A stretch of 64,000 nucleotides of DNA from NCBI GenBank assembly GCA_964426735.1, contig CAYRRP010000003.1, forward strand, positions 13,378 to 77,377. Reading direction: 5' to 3'. Shown here one piece after another: positions 51,697 to 61,800 of the stretch. Position 1 is the first letter of the stretch, and every line of letters begins with the position of its first letter. Made by a program: the position numbers and the translations under genes. The notes below the pieces were generated by a model. It saw nothing but the letters and a program-made list of their open reading frames with translations. It was not told where the DNA came from and searched no databases. The stretch is from an uncultured Candidatus Saccharibacteria bacterium (lineage in GTDB: Bacteria; Patescibacteriota; Minisyncoccia; Phycocordibacterales; DATDWN01).

Positions 51697-52137
51697 TTAT
51701 TCGTTTGTTTTTACAGTTTTTGTTGTTTTCTTTTTTGTAACCTTCTTTTCTGCAACAACTTCTGCCTTCTCTTCCATAACAACCTTAGTCTTCTTTGCTT
51801 TCGGAAGAACTTCCTCAAGTGTAATAGAAATCATACTTGTTCGCTTTCGGATAGGGTGAGCTGAACCACGCGCTGCAGGCATTCGTCGGTAAAGAGTCTT
51901 ACCACTGTTTACTTCCACAGTTTTTACTACCAAGTTTTCAGTAGGCATTGATTGTGCTTTTGCGTTTGCAAGAGCCGATTCGATGAGTTTCTTAATAGGG
52001 TCAGATGCTCGTTTTTCTGTAAACTGCATTGAAAGAATAGCATCTGCTACTTTTTTACCACGTACGAGATCAGCAACTACACGAACTTTTCGTGGAGACT
52101 GTCGAAGATTTGAAAGTGTAGCGGATGCTTTTGCCAT
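51697..52137 (-). CDS. rplV: 50S ribosomal protein L22
   Basis: SPRKVRVVADLVRG, ARGSA. Confidence 0.97.
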   Translation of the reverse strand: MAKASATLSNLRQSPRKVRVVADLVRGKKVADAILSMQFTEKRASDPIKKLIESALANAKAQSMPTENLVVKTVEVNSGKTLYRRMPAARGSAHPIRKRTSMISITLEEVLPKAKKTKVVMEEKAEVVAEKKVTKKKTTKTVKTNE

Positions 52138-52146
52138 AATATTAAA

Positions 52147-52491
52147 TTATTTTTTCTTAGCGTCAGGAGCTGCTTTAGATGCTTTTGCAGCAGCAATTTC
52201 AGACTCTTTCTTTTTAATTTCGAGCTCTTTCTGCATCTTACCTCCGTGTTTAAGGAATTTCTTTGTAGGAGAAAATTCGCCCAATCGGTGCCCTACCATA
52301 TCTTCAGTAACCAATACTTCAATATGAGTTTTACCGTTGTGTACGCCAAAGTTGAAGCCTACCATTTCAGGAGAGATAACACATGCTCGTGACCAAGTCT
52401 TAATAACCCCAGTTTCAATAGGTTTTTTACCCTCAATCTTTTTGAGAACTCGTGGGTCTACATATGGTCCTTTGTGTGATGATCGTGTCAT
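52147..52491 (-). CDS. rpsS: 30S ribosomal protein S19
   Basis: [21 protein letters not shown]. Confidence 0.98.
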   Translation of the reverse strand: MTRSSHKGPYVDPRVLKKIEGKKPIETGVIKTWSRACVISPEMVGFNFGVHNGKTHIEVLVTEDMVGHRLGEFSPTKKFLKHGGKMQKELEIKKKESEIAAAKASKAAPDAKKK

Positions 52492-52581
52492 GAATTGATT
52501 AAAAAAATACTCTTTTTTGTAAGAGGTAGTAAAACCTTAAACAAAAACTAGATGTAAGAGAAAAACTCTCACGTGCGCTCT

Positions 52582-52610
52582 ATACTATACAAAATGAGGC
52601 AATATGTCAA
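52582..52610 (-). promoter_or_regulatory. Internal sigma70-type promoter for rpsS
   Basis: TTGACA-17-TAGTAT. Confidence 0.7.
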
Positions 52611-52814
52611 ACGTTTAGTAAGCAGTCACAAGTCAATAGTCTGCAGTATAAAAACTGAAATCCTAAAAAGGAGAAAACGGTCAATAATATGACAATTCTA
52701 CGTAATACTGCAGGAATATAACAAAATCCGCCCCCTTCGAGGCAGATTTAGGTGTAATTTGAAGTAAAAATAAGAGCGACCTTTCCCCTCTGGGAACTGC
52801 CGCTCTCATCGACA

Positions 52815-53141
52815 CTAGCGATTAGTTCTGGTATTAATACCCAATTCTTCGTACATTGAAGCCAAGCAATCCATATTTCTTCCATAATCTGGGTCGCCGC
52901 AGATTTCTGGATGTTGATACGAATAATGCTTTTCGTACTGTTTATCGAGGATGTTGAGAGCTTCTTCAAGCTTACCACCCTCTTGAGCAAAAACACAAAG
53001 ACTGCCGATTGCAACTTGGCCTTTAAAGCAAAATTTGTCGACGAGTATCTCCACTCTCCCGATACATTCCGCAGGAATCTTGCCTCGTAAAAACGCCTGC
53101 ATTCTGACATCTAGATTTGAAAGCGTTGTTATTGTGTCCAT
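52815..53141 (-). CDS. Orphan protein (cassette type) between rplB and rpsS
   Basis: Terminator, TTGACA-16-TAAGGT, AGGAGG, ATG. Confidence 0.75.
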   Translation of the reverse strand: MDTITTLSNLDVRMQAFLRGKIPAECIGRVEILVDKFCFKGQVAIGSLCVFAQEGGKLEEALNILDKQYEKHYSYQHPEICGDPDYGRNMDCLASMYEELGINTRTNR

Positions 53142-53220
53142 TGGACCTCCTTTTACACCTTATAATACTGATTCAAAATGTCAAACAAAAAACACCCTTT
53201 CGGGTACTTTTTGTTAAAAC

Positions 53221-53333
53221 CAATTAAATTGCTTCAGATGCTAGGCGGACGAGGGATTTGGGTCGAGACGTACTGAACGTACGGCGAGAATCAAATCCTG
53301 AAGTCCAACAACGCAGATGGAGTAATTTTATTG
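53221..53333. repeat. Stop-adjacent long hairpin, family A
   Basis: taggcggacga/tgaagtccaacaa, gtac-tgaac-gtac; 4 nt from the rplB stop. Confidence 0.8.
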
Positions 53334-53337
53334 TGTT

Positions 53338-54180
53338 TTACTTTCGCTTGCCTACTTTACGGCGGGAAACTATGTGCTTATTAGAATATTTCTTAGGAGT
53401 TCGAGTCTTCTGTCCCTTACCTGTCGGTCGTCCGTATACAGACACTGCTCGACGTCGTCCTCGGCCCTGTCGGCCTTCTCCACCTCCGTATGGGTGGTCT
53501 ACTGGGTTCTGAGCTGTACCTCGCACTGTTGGTCGGATACCGAGCCATCGTGAACGTCCTGCTTTACCGAGGTTTACAAGTCGATTTTCATCGTTTGCTA
53601 CTTCACCTACTGTAGCGTATGCAGTATCTTTTACTTTTCGCACTTCAGATGAAGGCATTTTGAGATCTACATATCCTGCGTCTTTAGCGATAAGTTCAAT
53701 GTAACTTCCTCCAGATCGAGCAAGCTTTGCTCCTCCTTGTGGTTTTACTTCTACGTTATAGATAAATGTACCAATAGTAATATCTTTAAGTGGTAGTCGG
53801 TTTCCAGTCTTTACTTCTGCGTTTGGAGCAGTGATGTATGTATCCCCCACTTTTGCACCCTTAGGAAGAAGAATGTATCGCTTCTCACCATCTTTGTATA
53901 CTGCAAGACCGATAAATCCTGATCGGTTTGGATCGTACTCTACAGTTTTTACTGTGTATGGAATATTGATTTTGTTGTACACGAAATCAATTTCTCGGAA
54001 GAGTCGCTTGTGTCCTGCTCCCTTGTGACGGGTAGTAATCACACCCTGGTTGTTTCGCCCTACTGATCGTTTGAAACCTCGTGTGAGTGACTTTACAGGC
54101 TTTGCGGTAGTCAAAACTGCACCGTAGTTGATCGATGTCATGTTTCGACGTGATGGGGTTGTTGGTTGGTATCGTTTCAT
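53338..54180 (-). CDS. rplB: 50S ribosomal protein L2
   Basis: GRNNQG, EYDPNRS, RPTVRG, NPVDHPYGGGEG. Confidence 0.98.
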   Translation of the reverse strand: MKRYQPTTPSRRNMTSINYGAVLTTAKPVKSLTRGFKRSVGRNNQGVITTRHKGAGHKRLFREIDFVYNKINIPYTVKTVEYDPNRSGFIGLAVYKDGEKRYILLPKGAKVGDTYITAPNAEVKTGNRLPLKDITIGTFIYNVEVKPQGGAKLARSGGSYIELIAKDAGYVDLKMPSSEVRKVKDTAYATVGEVANDENRLVNLGKAGRSRWLGIRPTVRGTAQNPVDHPYGGGEGRQGRGRRRAVSVYGRPTGKGQKTRTPKKYSNKHIVSRRKVGKRK

Positions 54181-54190
54181 ATTATTGATA

Positions 54191-54472
54191 TTACATTACC
54201 TCAATAGTTTGACCTTTCTTAAGGTATACGTACGCCTTTTTGATACCTTTTTTAAAACCTACTTTTCCTCGTACAAATACTTTTTTCTGAGGATTTGTTA
54301 CGGTTGTAACTTTTACTGGAGATACTTTGTAGATTTCTTTTACTGCTTTGATCACATCTGTCTTTGTTGCGTGTTTTGGAATCTCAAATGCGTACACTGA
54401 AGATTCTGACTTAAGCGCAGCTTTTTCTGTGATACGTGGTCGCAATAATACTGTTTTAAGATCTGCTTTCAT
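54191..54472 (-). CDS. rplW: 50S ribosomal protein L23
   Basis: PRITEK, KKAYVYL. Confidence 0.96.
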   Translation of the reverse strand: MKADLKTVLLRPRITEKAALKSESSVYAFEIPKHATKTDVIKAVKEIYKVSPVKVTTVTNPQKKVFVRGKVGFKKGIKKAYVYLKKGQTIEVM

Positions 54473-54477
54473 GATAG

Positions 54478-55140
54478 TTATGCAAGTTTAGAAGTAACTG
54501 TTGAAAGAGACTCGTTTGGATTCTCGATAACAACATACTTATATTTCATCAAATCGACAGGGTTGATGTTTCGGATTTCATCCACTTCAACATTGCTGAA
54601 GTTACCAAAGCTTTTCTTTGTAGTTACACTGTCTTTTGAAAGTGCGATCCATGCTGAGTTTTTCTTTTTTGAAAGGATATCAGTAAAACCTGTGATTTTT
54701 GAGAAAGATGAAAGAGTTCCTTTTGCGTCTTTTGCTTTTGGAGCAGAGAAATTCAAAGAATCTACGAAAAGGATGTGTCCTTTCTTAAATTTAGCTGAAA
54801 GGATAGTATACAAAGCTTTTGCTTTCATTTTCTTATTTACCTTTCGAGTATAGTCTTTTTCATTTCGTGGGCCATGAGTAACACCTCCACCTACCCAGAT
54901 AGGAGATCGAGTTGATCCATGTCGTGCACGCCCTGTTCCCTTTTGTTTCCAAGGTTTCTTTCCACCTCCAGATACTTCACCTCGGTTTTTAGTGTGAGCA
55001 ACAGGTGTTCGAGCACTTGATTCCATTGATACAACAACTTGGTGAACCAAGTCAGCATTCCATTTAAGACCAAACACGCTCTCTGGGAGAGTTATTGTTC
55101 CTGCTGTTTTACCTGTTTGTGTGTAAATATTTGCTTCCAT
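54478..55140 (-). CDS. rplD: 50S ribosomal protein L4
   Basis: KPWKQKGTGRARHGS. Confidence 0.98.
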   Translation of the reverse strand: MEANIYTQTGKTAGTITLPESVFGLKWNADLVHQVVVSMESSARTPVAHTKNRGEVSGGGKKPWKQKGTGRARHGSTRSPIWVGGGVTHGPRNEKDYTRKVNKKMKAKALYTILSAKFKKGHILFVDSLNFSAPKAKDAKGTLSSFSKITGFTDILSKKKNSAWIALSKDSVTTKKSFGNFSNVEVDEIRNINPVDLMKYKYVVIENPNESLSTVTSKLA

Positions 55141-55151
55141 GATTTTTAAAT

Positions 55152-55230
55152 TTAGTCATTAAAGTCTATCAAGTCTTTCAAGTCCATAAAGTCGGGTGCA
55201 TTTGGCATCTAACTTGATGGACTTTTGACT
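55152..55230. repeat. Inverted aagtc/gactt array
   Basis: aagtc x4 at ~8-nt period, tgcatt axis, gactt arm. Confidence 0.7.
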
Positions 55231-55845
55231 TTATGAACCTTTGACTTCTACTAGTGTTCCTCGGCGTCCTGCTACAGCACCTCGAATAAAGATTTCTCCT
55301 GCTTCTACGTCAATACCTGCGATAGTAAGACCACCTGTAGTGATACGATCACCTCCAGTTCGTCCTGCCATTCGTTTTCCTTTTGCTACACGTCCTCCGT
55401 CTCGTCCTCCACCTCCAAGAGATCCTGGCTCTCGCTCTGAGTGTTTCTGTCCGTGTGATCGAGGTCCTCCGTGGAAACCATGTCGCTTAACACCTCCCTG
55501 GAAACCTTTTCCTTTTGAGATAGAAGATACGGTTACACCGTCTCCTGCTGAAAATGTTGAGATATCGATAATATCCCCTACTTTGTATTCACCTCCTTCA
55601 ATTCGGAACTCTTTGATGTGAGCAAATGAACCAAGTTCTTTTACATGACCTTTTACTGCCTTTGAGATGTTCTTTGGGTTTCGAGAACCAAAACCAACCT
55701 GTACAGCAGTATAACCATCTTTTGAAAGATTCTTAACCTGAGTGATTACATTAGGACTTGTTTTGATAACAGTCACCGGATGCACTACGCCCGCGTCGTC
55801 GAAGATTTGGGTCATATTCTGTTTTGTTCCGAGGATGAATTTCAT
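55231..55845 (-). CDS. rplC: 50S ribosomal protein L3
   Basis: GTKQNMTQ, GYTAVQ, SKGKGFQG; start 55845. Confidence 0.97.
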   Translation of the reverse strand: MKFILGTKQNMTQIFDDAGVVHPVTVIKTSPNVITQVKNLSKDGYTAVQVGFGSRNPKNISKAVKGHVKELGSFAHIKEFRIEGGEYKVGDIIDISTFSAGDGVTVSSISKGKGFQGGVKRHGFHGGPRSHGQKHSEREPGSLGGGGRDGGRVAKGKRMAGRTGGDRITTGGLTIAGIDVEAGEIFIRGAVAGRRGTLVEVKGS

Positions 55846-56041
55846 ATGATTATTATATTGATTTTGAAGACATTTTTCGGACAGTAATGAGAAAAGGTTT
55901 TTCTCAACATTGCCCATCACTAGTCCTCATAAAAAATAGCCTAAATGGCGATTTGGCAATACTAGCAGATAATGATTTTTATTTCAAGGGGTATAGATAC
56001 AAAAAGAGGTTTGCAAAAGCAAACCTCTCCGAAGCAGACTT

Positions 56042-56284
56042 TCACTCTGTAATAGGACAATTTTGCCCCGTCAGGTACCCACCTCCAAGCAACCATCCGG
56101 TAGGACCAAGCTCCACTATACCAGTACAGACGCACCCTTGGTTTTGACACGTACCTACATGAGTACCGACGTCAAGTCGAAACTCATTAGGAATTACTAC
56201 CCAGGCACCAATTTGGTGCCCAAGTCGAGCAGAAGCATCTTCTACTCTTTTACGACGTCTTTCATCGTCTGGATTTAAAACCAT
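56042..56284 (-). CDS. Small Cys-containing orphan (cassette type) between rpsJ and rplC
   Basis: AGGAGG upstream, follows the rpsJ terminator; CQNQGC motif. Confidence 0.55.
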   Translation of the reverse strand: MVLNPDDERRRKRVEDASARLGHQIGAWVVIPNEFRLDVGTHVGTCQNQGCVCTGIVELGPTGWLLGGGYLTGQNCPITE

Positions 56285-56372
56285 TTTTTCCAAACAGCCT
56301 CCTATACTCATATAAGCACATATTTATATATTTGAAAACAAAAACCACCCTTTCGGGTAGTTTTTGTGTATA

Positions 56373-56738
56373 TTAGATGATTTTTACATCAATATTAACA
56401 CCAGATGGTAGAGAGAGATTTGTGAGTGATTCCATAATCTTTGGGGTCGGATTAAGGATATCAATCAATCGCTTATGAGTTCTCATTTCAAACTGCTCTC
56501 GAGCGTTTTTATACACAAACGAAGCTCGGTTTACTGTGTATTTCTTGATCTCAGTTGGAAGTGGGATTGGACCCAAAACCTTTGCATCGTATCGAAGAGC
56601 AGTATCCATGATCTGTCGTACTGAGATATCGAGTACTTTGTACTCATATGCTCGTACTCGGATTCGCAATTTAGAAATTGCATCCTCTTTTGCAGCTTTT
56701 TTAGGAGCCTTTTTTGTTGTTGTTTCTTTCGTTGCCAT
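56373..56738 (-). CDS. rpsJ: 30S ribosomal protein S10
   Basis: GPIPLPT, REQFEMRTHKRLIDI; TTGCCA-17-TAAGCT just upstream of ATG. Confidence 0.97.
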   Translation of the reverse strand: MATKETTTKKAPKKAAKEDAISKLRIRVRAYEYKVLDISVRQIMDTALRYDAKVLGPIPLPTEIKKYTVNRASFVYKNAREQFEMRTHKRLIDILNPTPKIMESLTNLSLPSGVNIDVKII

Positions 56739-56820
56739 TACGGAGTAGCTTACCAAACAATTAAACTATTGGCAAGTAAGCGAAAACCCGCACGAAGACA
56801 AAGTCTTCGTGCGGGTGACT

Positions 56821-57009
56821 TTAAAGAGGTGTTTTGAGTCTTTCTGTGTACTCCTTAAGGGCAGCATCCGCAACCCCAGCAGCAACACTCGCAACATCTT
56901 CAGGGTACACATACCGCTGTCCTAAGGGACGACTCAAGTTACTGTTGCTCAACACAGCACACAGAACCCGAAGCCAAATCTCTGACCCTTCTTGAGTATG
57001 AATCGACAT
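56821..57009 (-). CDS. Small orphan (cassette type) between tuf and rpsJ
   Basis: Terminator, TTGACA-16-TATATT, GAGGAG, ATG; own downstream hairpin. Confidence 0.65.
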   Translation of the reverse strand: MSIHTQEGSEIWLRVLCAVLSNSNLSRPLGQRYVYPEDVASVAAGVADAALKEYTERLKTPL

Positions 57010-57107
57010 ATTTTTTCTCCTCTTTTGAATATACAATATTTGCATTTTATGTCAACAAAAAACCACCCGAAGATGGTTTTTTGTTTGACACTACGAAAGT
57101 TAAGAAT

Positions 57108-57229
57108 CGGTTTCAAATTTGAGACAAGGTCGCGGATAAAGCAAAAACCAATTCCGGAGGTGTACATGTGGTACATTGACGGAATTGGTTTTTGTCTTTA
57201 GCCGATGAGATTGGCCAAATTTGGAAGCG
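57108..57229. repeat. Stop-adjacent long hairpin, family B
   Basis: aggtcgcggataaa/tttagccgatgagat, gtac-atgtg-gtac; 6 nt from the tuf stop. Confidence 0.8.
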
Positions 57230-57235
57230 CTGTGG

Positions 57236-58432
57236 TTATGCCACTATCTTAGTAACAACACCTGCGCCAACAGTCTTACCTCCCTCTCGAATCGCAAATC
57301 GAGTATTGTCCTCAAGCGCAACTGGAGCAATCAATTTAACTTTGAATGTTGCTGTGTCTCCTGGCATAACCATTTCAACACCTTCTTTCAAAGTCACATC
57401 TCCGGTAACGTCTGTAGTTCGGATGTAGAACTGTGGTTTGTAACCTGAGAAGAATGGAGTATGTCGTCCACCTTCTTCTTTCTTAAGAACGTAAACCTCA
57501 GCTTCGAATTCTGTATGAGGATTTACTGATTTTGGTTTAGCAAGAACCTGTCCTCGAGAAATATCTTCTTTCTTCGCACCTCGGAGAAGAATACCTGCGT
57601 TGTCTCCTGCTTGTCCTGAATCGAGTGATTTGTTGAACATTTCGATACCAGTCACAGTAAACTTAGTGATATCCTTGAGACCAACGATTTCGATTTCTTC
57701 ACCTACTTTGATAACACCTCGTTCGATACGTCCTGTTACCACTGTTCCTCGTCCCTCAATAGAGAAGATGTCTTCTACTGGCATAAGGAATGGTTTATCC
57801 AAATCTCGTTCTGGCATTGGAATATATGTATCGAGTGCATTTGCTAGCTCCAATACTTTCTTTGACCATTCATCGTTGTTATCTGCTGCTTCGAGAGCTT
57901 TGAGTGCTGATCCTCGGATAACTGGTGCGTTATCACCATCAAATCCGTTCTTTGAAAGGAGCTCTCGAACTTCAGCTTCTACAAGGTCGATAAGATCATT
58001 ATCTGGTACCATGTCGCATTTGTTCAAAAATACGATAATCTTTGGTACACCCACTTGTTTTGCCAAAAGTACGTGTTCTCGAGTCTGAGGCATCGCACCG
58101 TCTGTAGCCGCTACCACAAGCACTGCACCGTCCATCTGAGCAGCACCAGTAATCATGTTTTTAATGTAGTCAGCGTGACCTGGCGCATCGATGTGAGCGT
58201 AGTGTCGAGTTGGTGTTGAGTACTCGTTGTGAGAAAGCGCAATAGTAATTCCTCGTGCTTTTTCTTCTGGAGCTGAGTCGATTTCACCTACTCCTTTGAT
58301 TTTAGATGAATATCCTTCTCCTGCTCGACCAAGTACGGTCAAGATAGCCGCTGTTAATGTTGTCTTACCGTGGTCAACGTGTCCAATGGTACCTACGTTG
58401 AGGTGTGGTTTTGATCGATCAAAATCTGCCAT
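57236..58432 (-). CDS. tuf: Elongation factor Tu
   Basis: [22 protein letters not shown]. Confidence 0.99.
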   Translation of the reverse strand: MADFDRSKPHLNVGTIGHVDHGKTTLTAAILTVLGRAGEGYSSKIKGVGEIDSAPEEKARGITIALSHNEYSTPTRHYAHIDAPGHADYIKNMITGAAQMDGAVLVVAATDGAMPQTREHVLLAKQVGVPKIIVFLNKCDMVPDNDLIDLVEAEVRELLSKNGFDGDNAPVIRGSALKALEAADNNDEWSKKVLELANALDTYIPMPERDLDKPFLMPVEDIFSIEGRGTVVTGRIERGVIKVGEEIEIVGLKDITKFTVTGIEMFNKSLDSGQAGDNAGILLRGAKKEDISRGQVLAKPKSVNPHTEFEAEVYVLKKEEGGRHTPFFSGYKPQFYIRTTDVTGDVTLKEGVEMVMPGDTATFKVKLIAPVALEDNTRFAIREGGKTVGAGVVTKIVA

Positions 58433-58602
58433 ATATTTATATAAATTATACGTATAAAATTACTAATAATTGCCATTTTGGAAACTCCAAAAACTTGACA
58501 CTCGAGAGAAGCCAAATTTTGGGAACTTCTGCAAAACATCACCTGCGGGCGATGCCAATAAATATAAACGAAATAGGCACAAGAGTCAAACGAAATAGGA
58601 GC

Positions 58603-58890
58603 TTATATCAATATATCTGCTTTCAATTTTGCAACTTCTTCTTTTAAGAGGAGTGTAAAGGTTGGAATTTTGCGTTCAAGAAAAAGTACCACATCTTCAG
58701 GAGTGGTTGCATCTTCATTGAGAAGCAGATCGAACTCATCTTGCTCAACATCCGAGAGAATATCAAGAGAGCGCACTAAAATCGCTTGGTATATCAAGCG
58801 TCCAATACGATCAACCATGTCTATTTGCTCTTCTTGAGGTAAGTCACCAAGTCCCCATTCAGATACTATGTCTTTTGATAAAGGATTCAT
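58603..58890 (-). CDS. Small acidic helical protein (DUF5663-like)
   Basis: WGLGDLPQEEQ...LS..E..EF...KIP pattern. Confidence 0.6.
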   Translation of the reverse strand: MNPLSKDIVSEWGLGDLPQEEQIDMVDRIGRLIYQAILVRSLDILSDVEQDEFDLLLNEDATTPEDVVLFLERKIPTFTLLLKEEVAKLKADILI

Positions 58891-58891
58891 A

Positions 58892-61800
58892 TTATTTTTT
58901 CAGTTTAAAGAACTTGATATTCTTTTCCATTGCCTTTTTAGCCTCATCAAATGCAAGCTCAAAATTAGTCTTCCCGGCAGCACTGAATATAGATTTCTCT
59001 CTACCTATCTCATATTGATGACCAAATGCACCATCTACAAGCTGTGTACTACCGATTCTTTGTCCATTAAGTAATACCGTAATATCGTCACCTTTCTGGA
59101 ATATATCGATTTGACCTCCTTTATACTGCACAGGGAGATGATAGTCAAACAAGCTTTTTCTCACCGAGTCATCAAGTGACGCCAGTGTTCTTGTAAAAAA
59201 CTTTGCATATTCCTTACGAATTGAGGCATCCTCGCTAAACTGATACTCTGATTTAAGTGGCATTTTACCCCTCACAATATCTTCTATATTTTTAAAATCA
59301 GGTGACGGTATTGCAATTTCAACACCATATGAAGTGATTGCTGCAATTTTTCCATGTTGCTCAAGTATTGCTGTTTGTGGTGACACTGAAGAATCAATAG
59401 TACTGTTTTTTTCAACAAGAGATGCTCCAGTAGTCGCAGTATCTGCAGCAAGAGATTCTTTTGATACTGATGATATTTTTAATTCTGGAACATGTTCTGT
59501 TACAGGCTGTGCAGTTACGGGTGATACTGCCTGAGGAATATTTTTTGTAACTACAGGTTTTTCTGTATCTACTAATTCCACTGAAGTAACCTTACCATCC
59601 GCATCAAACATTTTTCCTGCATATGGTTTTACTACCCCATTACTGTTCATCAATATTTCCGGTTTCCCGCTACCATCAGGCACCAAAGAGAGATTTCCTT
59701 CTGCATCAATTGCAAGTTGTTCCCCTTGAAAACGAAAAGCGCTCTCCGCAACCTGACCTGGTTTAAAAAGACCCAAGTCAATAGCAATCTTTTGAGAAGA
59801 TTGTGCAAAAAGTTTTTCAAGAGCTGGAGTAAGTTTCTGACCTGCTACTGCACGTTTCAATGTATCGATAGTATCAATAAATCCTTTACTTGAAAGTTCT
59901 ACCTCAACCGGGTTTACTGACACAGGAGCAACTTGTTCAACAGCAGACATGGTTGTTTTTTCAAGTGGAGCTTTTTGTGCAGGAGCATCCTCTTTAATTA
60001 ACTTATTCCACCACGAAGATTTTGTTGTGGTCGGAGTATCGACAGAAGCATGTGGAGTTGTGAGCGTATCATGCATAGCGTTTATCCCTACACCAGTACC
60101 GATAGATGTAGCACCTCCTGCTGCAACCATAAGCGCAGCCTTTTTCAAACGATCACGTTTTGCTTGTATTTCTGCTTCTGATTCATACACCTCGAAATCT
60201 CCAATCTTTTCGTCTTGTTGTGTATCATCAATTGTTGCAAAATTTTTCAACGCTTTTTCCTTTTCGACAAGCATCTTTTCTCGCTGTTGTTTATCTACAA
60301 CAGACCCAGCAAGCTTTGCCCCCATCACACCAGTGAGACCACGCGCCGCTCGCATAGATGCAGTTGCAGCAAAACCTCCTACACCACCTGAGACAAGAGA
60401 AAAGAATGCTGAGGATAGTGCAACACGTGCCACAACAGGCAACCGTGCCCATTTATCCATAGATTTCGCTATAATACCTTTCTCTTTTTCAGGGATAGCT
60501 TCTGCGATCAGTGCCGTGAGTGCGTCTCGCTCTTTTTTAAACTGCTCCATTACTCCGACATCAAGATGTCTTACTGATTTTTTCTCGATAATAGAAAATT
60601 CATGTGATCGAGAAGTTGTTTCCTCTACCTCAACATGACGACGTGCAATAAAATTTCTTAATGCACGACCTGCATCTATGTATTCTTTTTTAGCACTGAG
60701 ATACGCTTGATCTATATCCCCTTCAGCATCAGGACGTCGTTTAGACGGAACACCGAGTTCAGTCATGATTTTCTCATACACTTTCTTACTTGCACGAATC
60801 TTTTCTTTACGAAGAGCTTCTTGTGCTGCAAAGTTTTTAAGTGACTCTTCCAGTTTAGACGAAAGCTCTTTTTCTATATTTTCTGACTGTTCTTGGGTTA
60901 TTGGACCTGCTGGCTCTTGATACGCAGGGTCAAGAAATTGACGTGCTGCATTTTGAGAAATATCAATCCGCTGAGCCTTAAGCGCAGCTTCACTTACGCG
61001 TTCATCAAGTGTTTTTTGTCGTGGAACAACAGAAGGTTGCACGTATACATTTTTACTCGTTGTATTATTTAAAAGATTGCTCAGATTTTCTTTTGTAACG
61101 TCATCCAACACATCGGATGTTTTAATTAATAGTTCCGCTTGCTCTTTTGTAATATTTTTATCTCTCAGTGAGTATATGAGAATAGAAAGAACGGCTGGTC
61201 TTTCCATAGTCTCTTTCATTTTTTCCAACTCATCTATCACTTGACCAGGCACCTCAAACTCCTGAGTTTTTTCAACATTTTTTGTAATACGTGGTGTTTT
61301 AATTATCTGGTAACCTGTCTCAGTTTTGATTCCCAGACCTTCTTTAACCAATAAATCTAATACATACTTAACAAGCTCGGTATTTTCTTTATTAATAACA
61401 CCCCCTACAGATCGAATATAATTTTCTGGAGTTAGAGGTAACTTATTTCCCTGAGCATCTTCGAGATTTTGAGCTGCCCAATTTTCAGCACCAATACGAA
61501 TACCATCTTTCATCATTGCTTCAATTGATGAAGGATTTGTTTTGTTTTCATAGGGTTTTATAAGGTCTGCTACGGTACGAGCATCTTTTTCCTTTTGCTG
61601 TTGTATAACATCTTCTTGAGTACCCTGCTCTTCATGAACACTTTGCATTAGATATGAATACTCACTTGGAGATACGACTCCTTCAATGAGGGGTAGATTT
61701 TTAATAATATCCTCAATTGTTTCGCCATCAACTTTAAAACGAAAAAATGTTTTTAATTTTGTTATTACACTTTTTTGTTCAGCATATTTGTGTATCAAAT

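Noticed and set aside
44448-57229. Classical integron attC sites
   Set aside because: No consistent RYYYAAC...GTTRRRY ends, no IntI in the window, and the cassettes carry their own promoters.
57600-58088. Long antisense ORFs opposite tuf, ftsH, pilB, rplF and the 1266-aa gene
   Set aside because: Typical shadow frames caused by codon bias of the sense genes.
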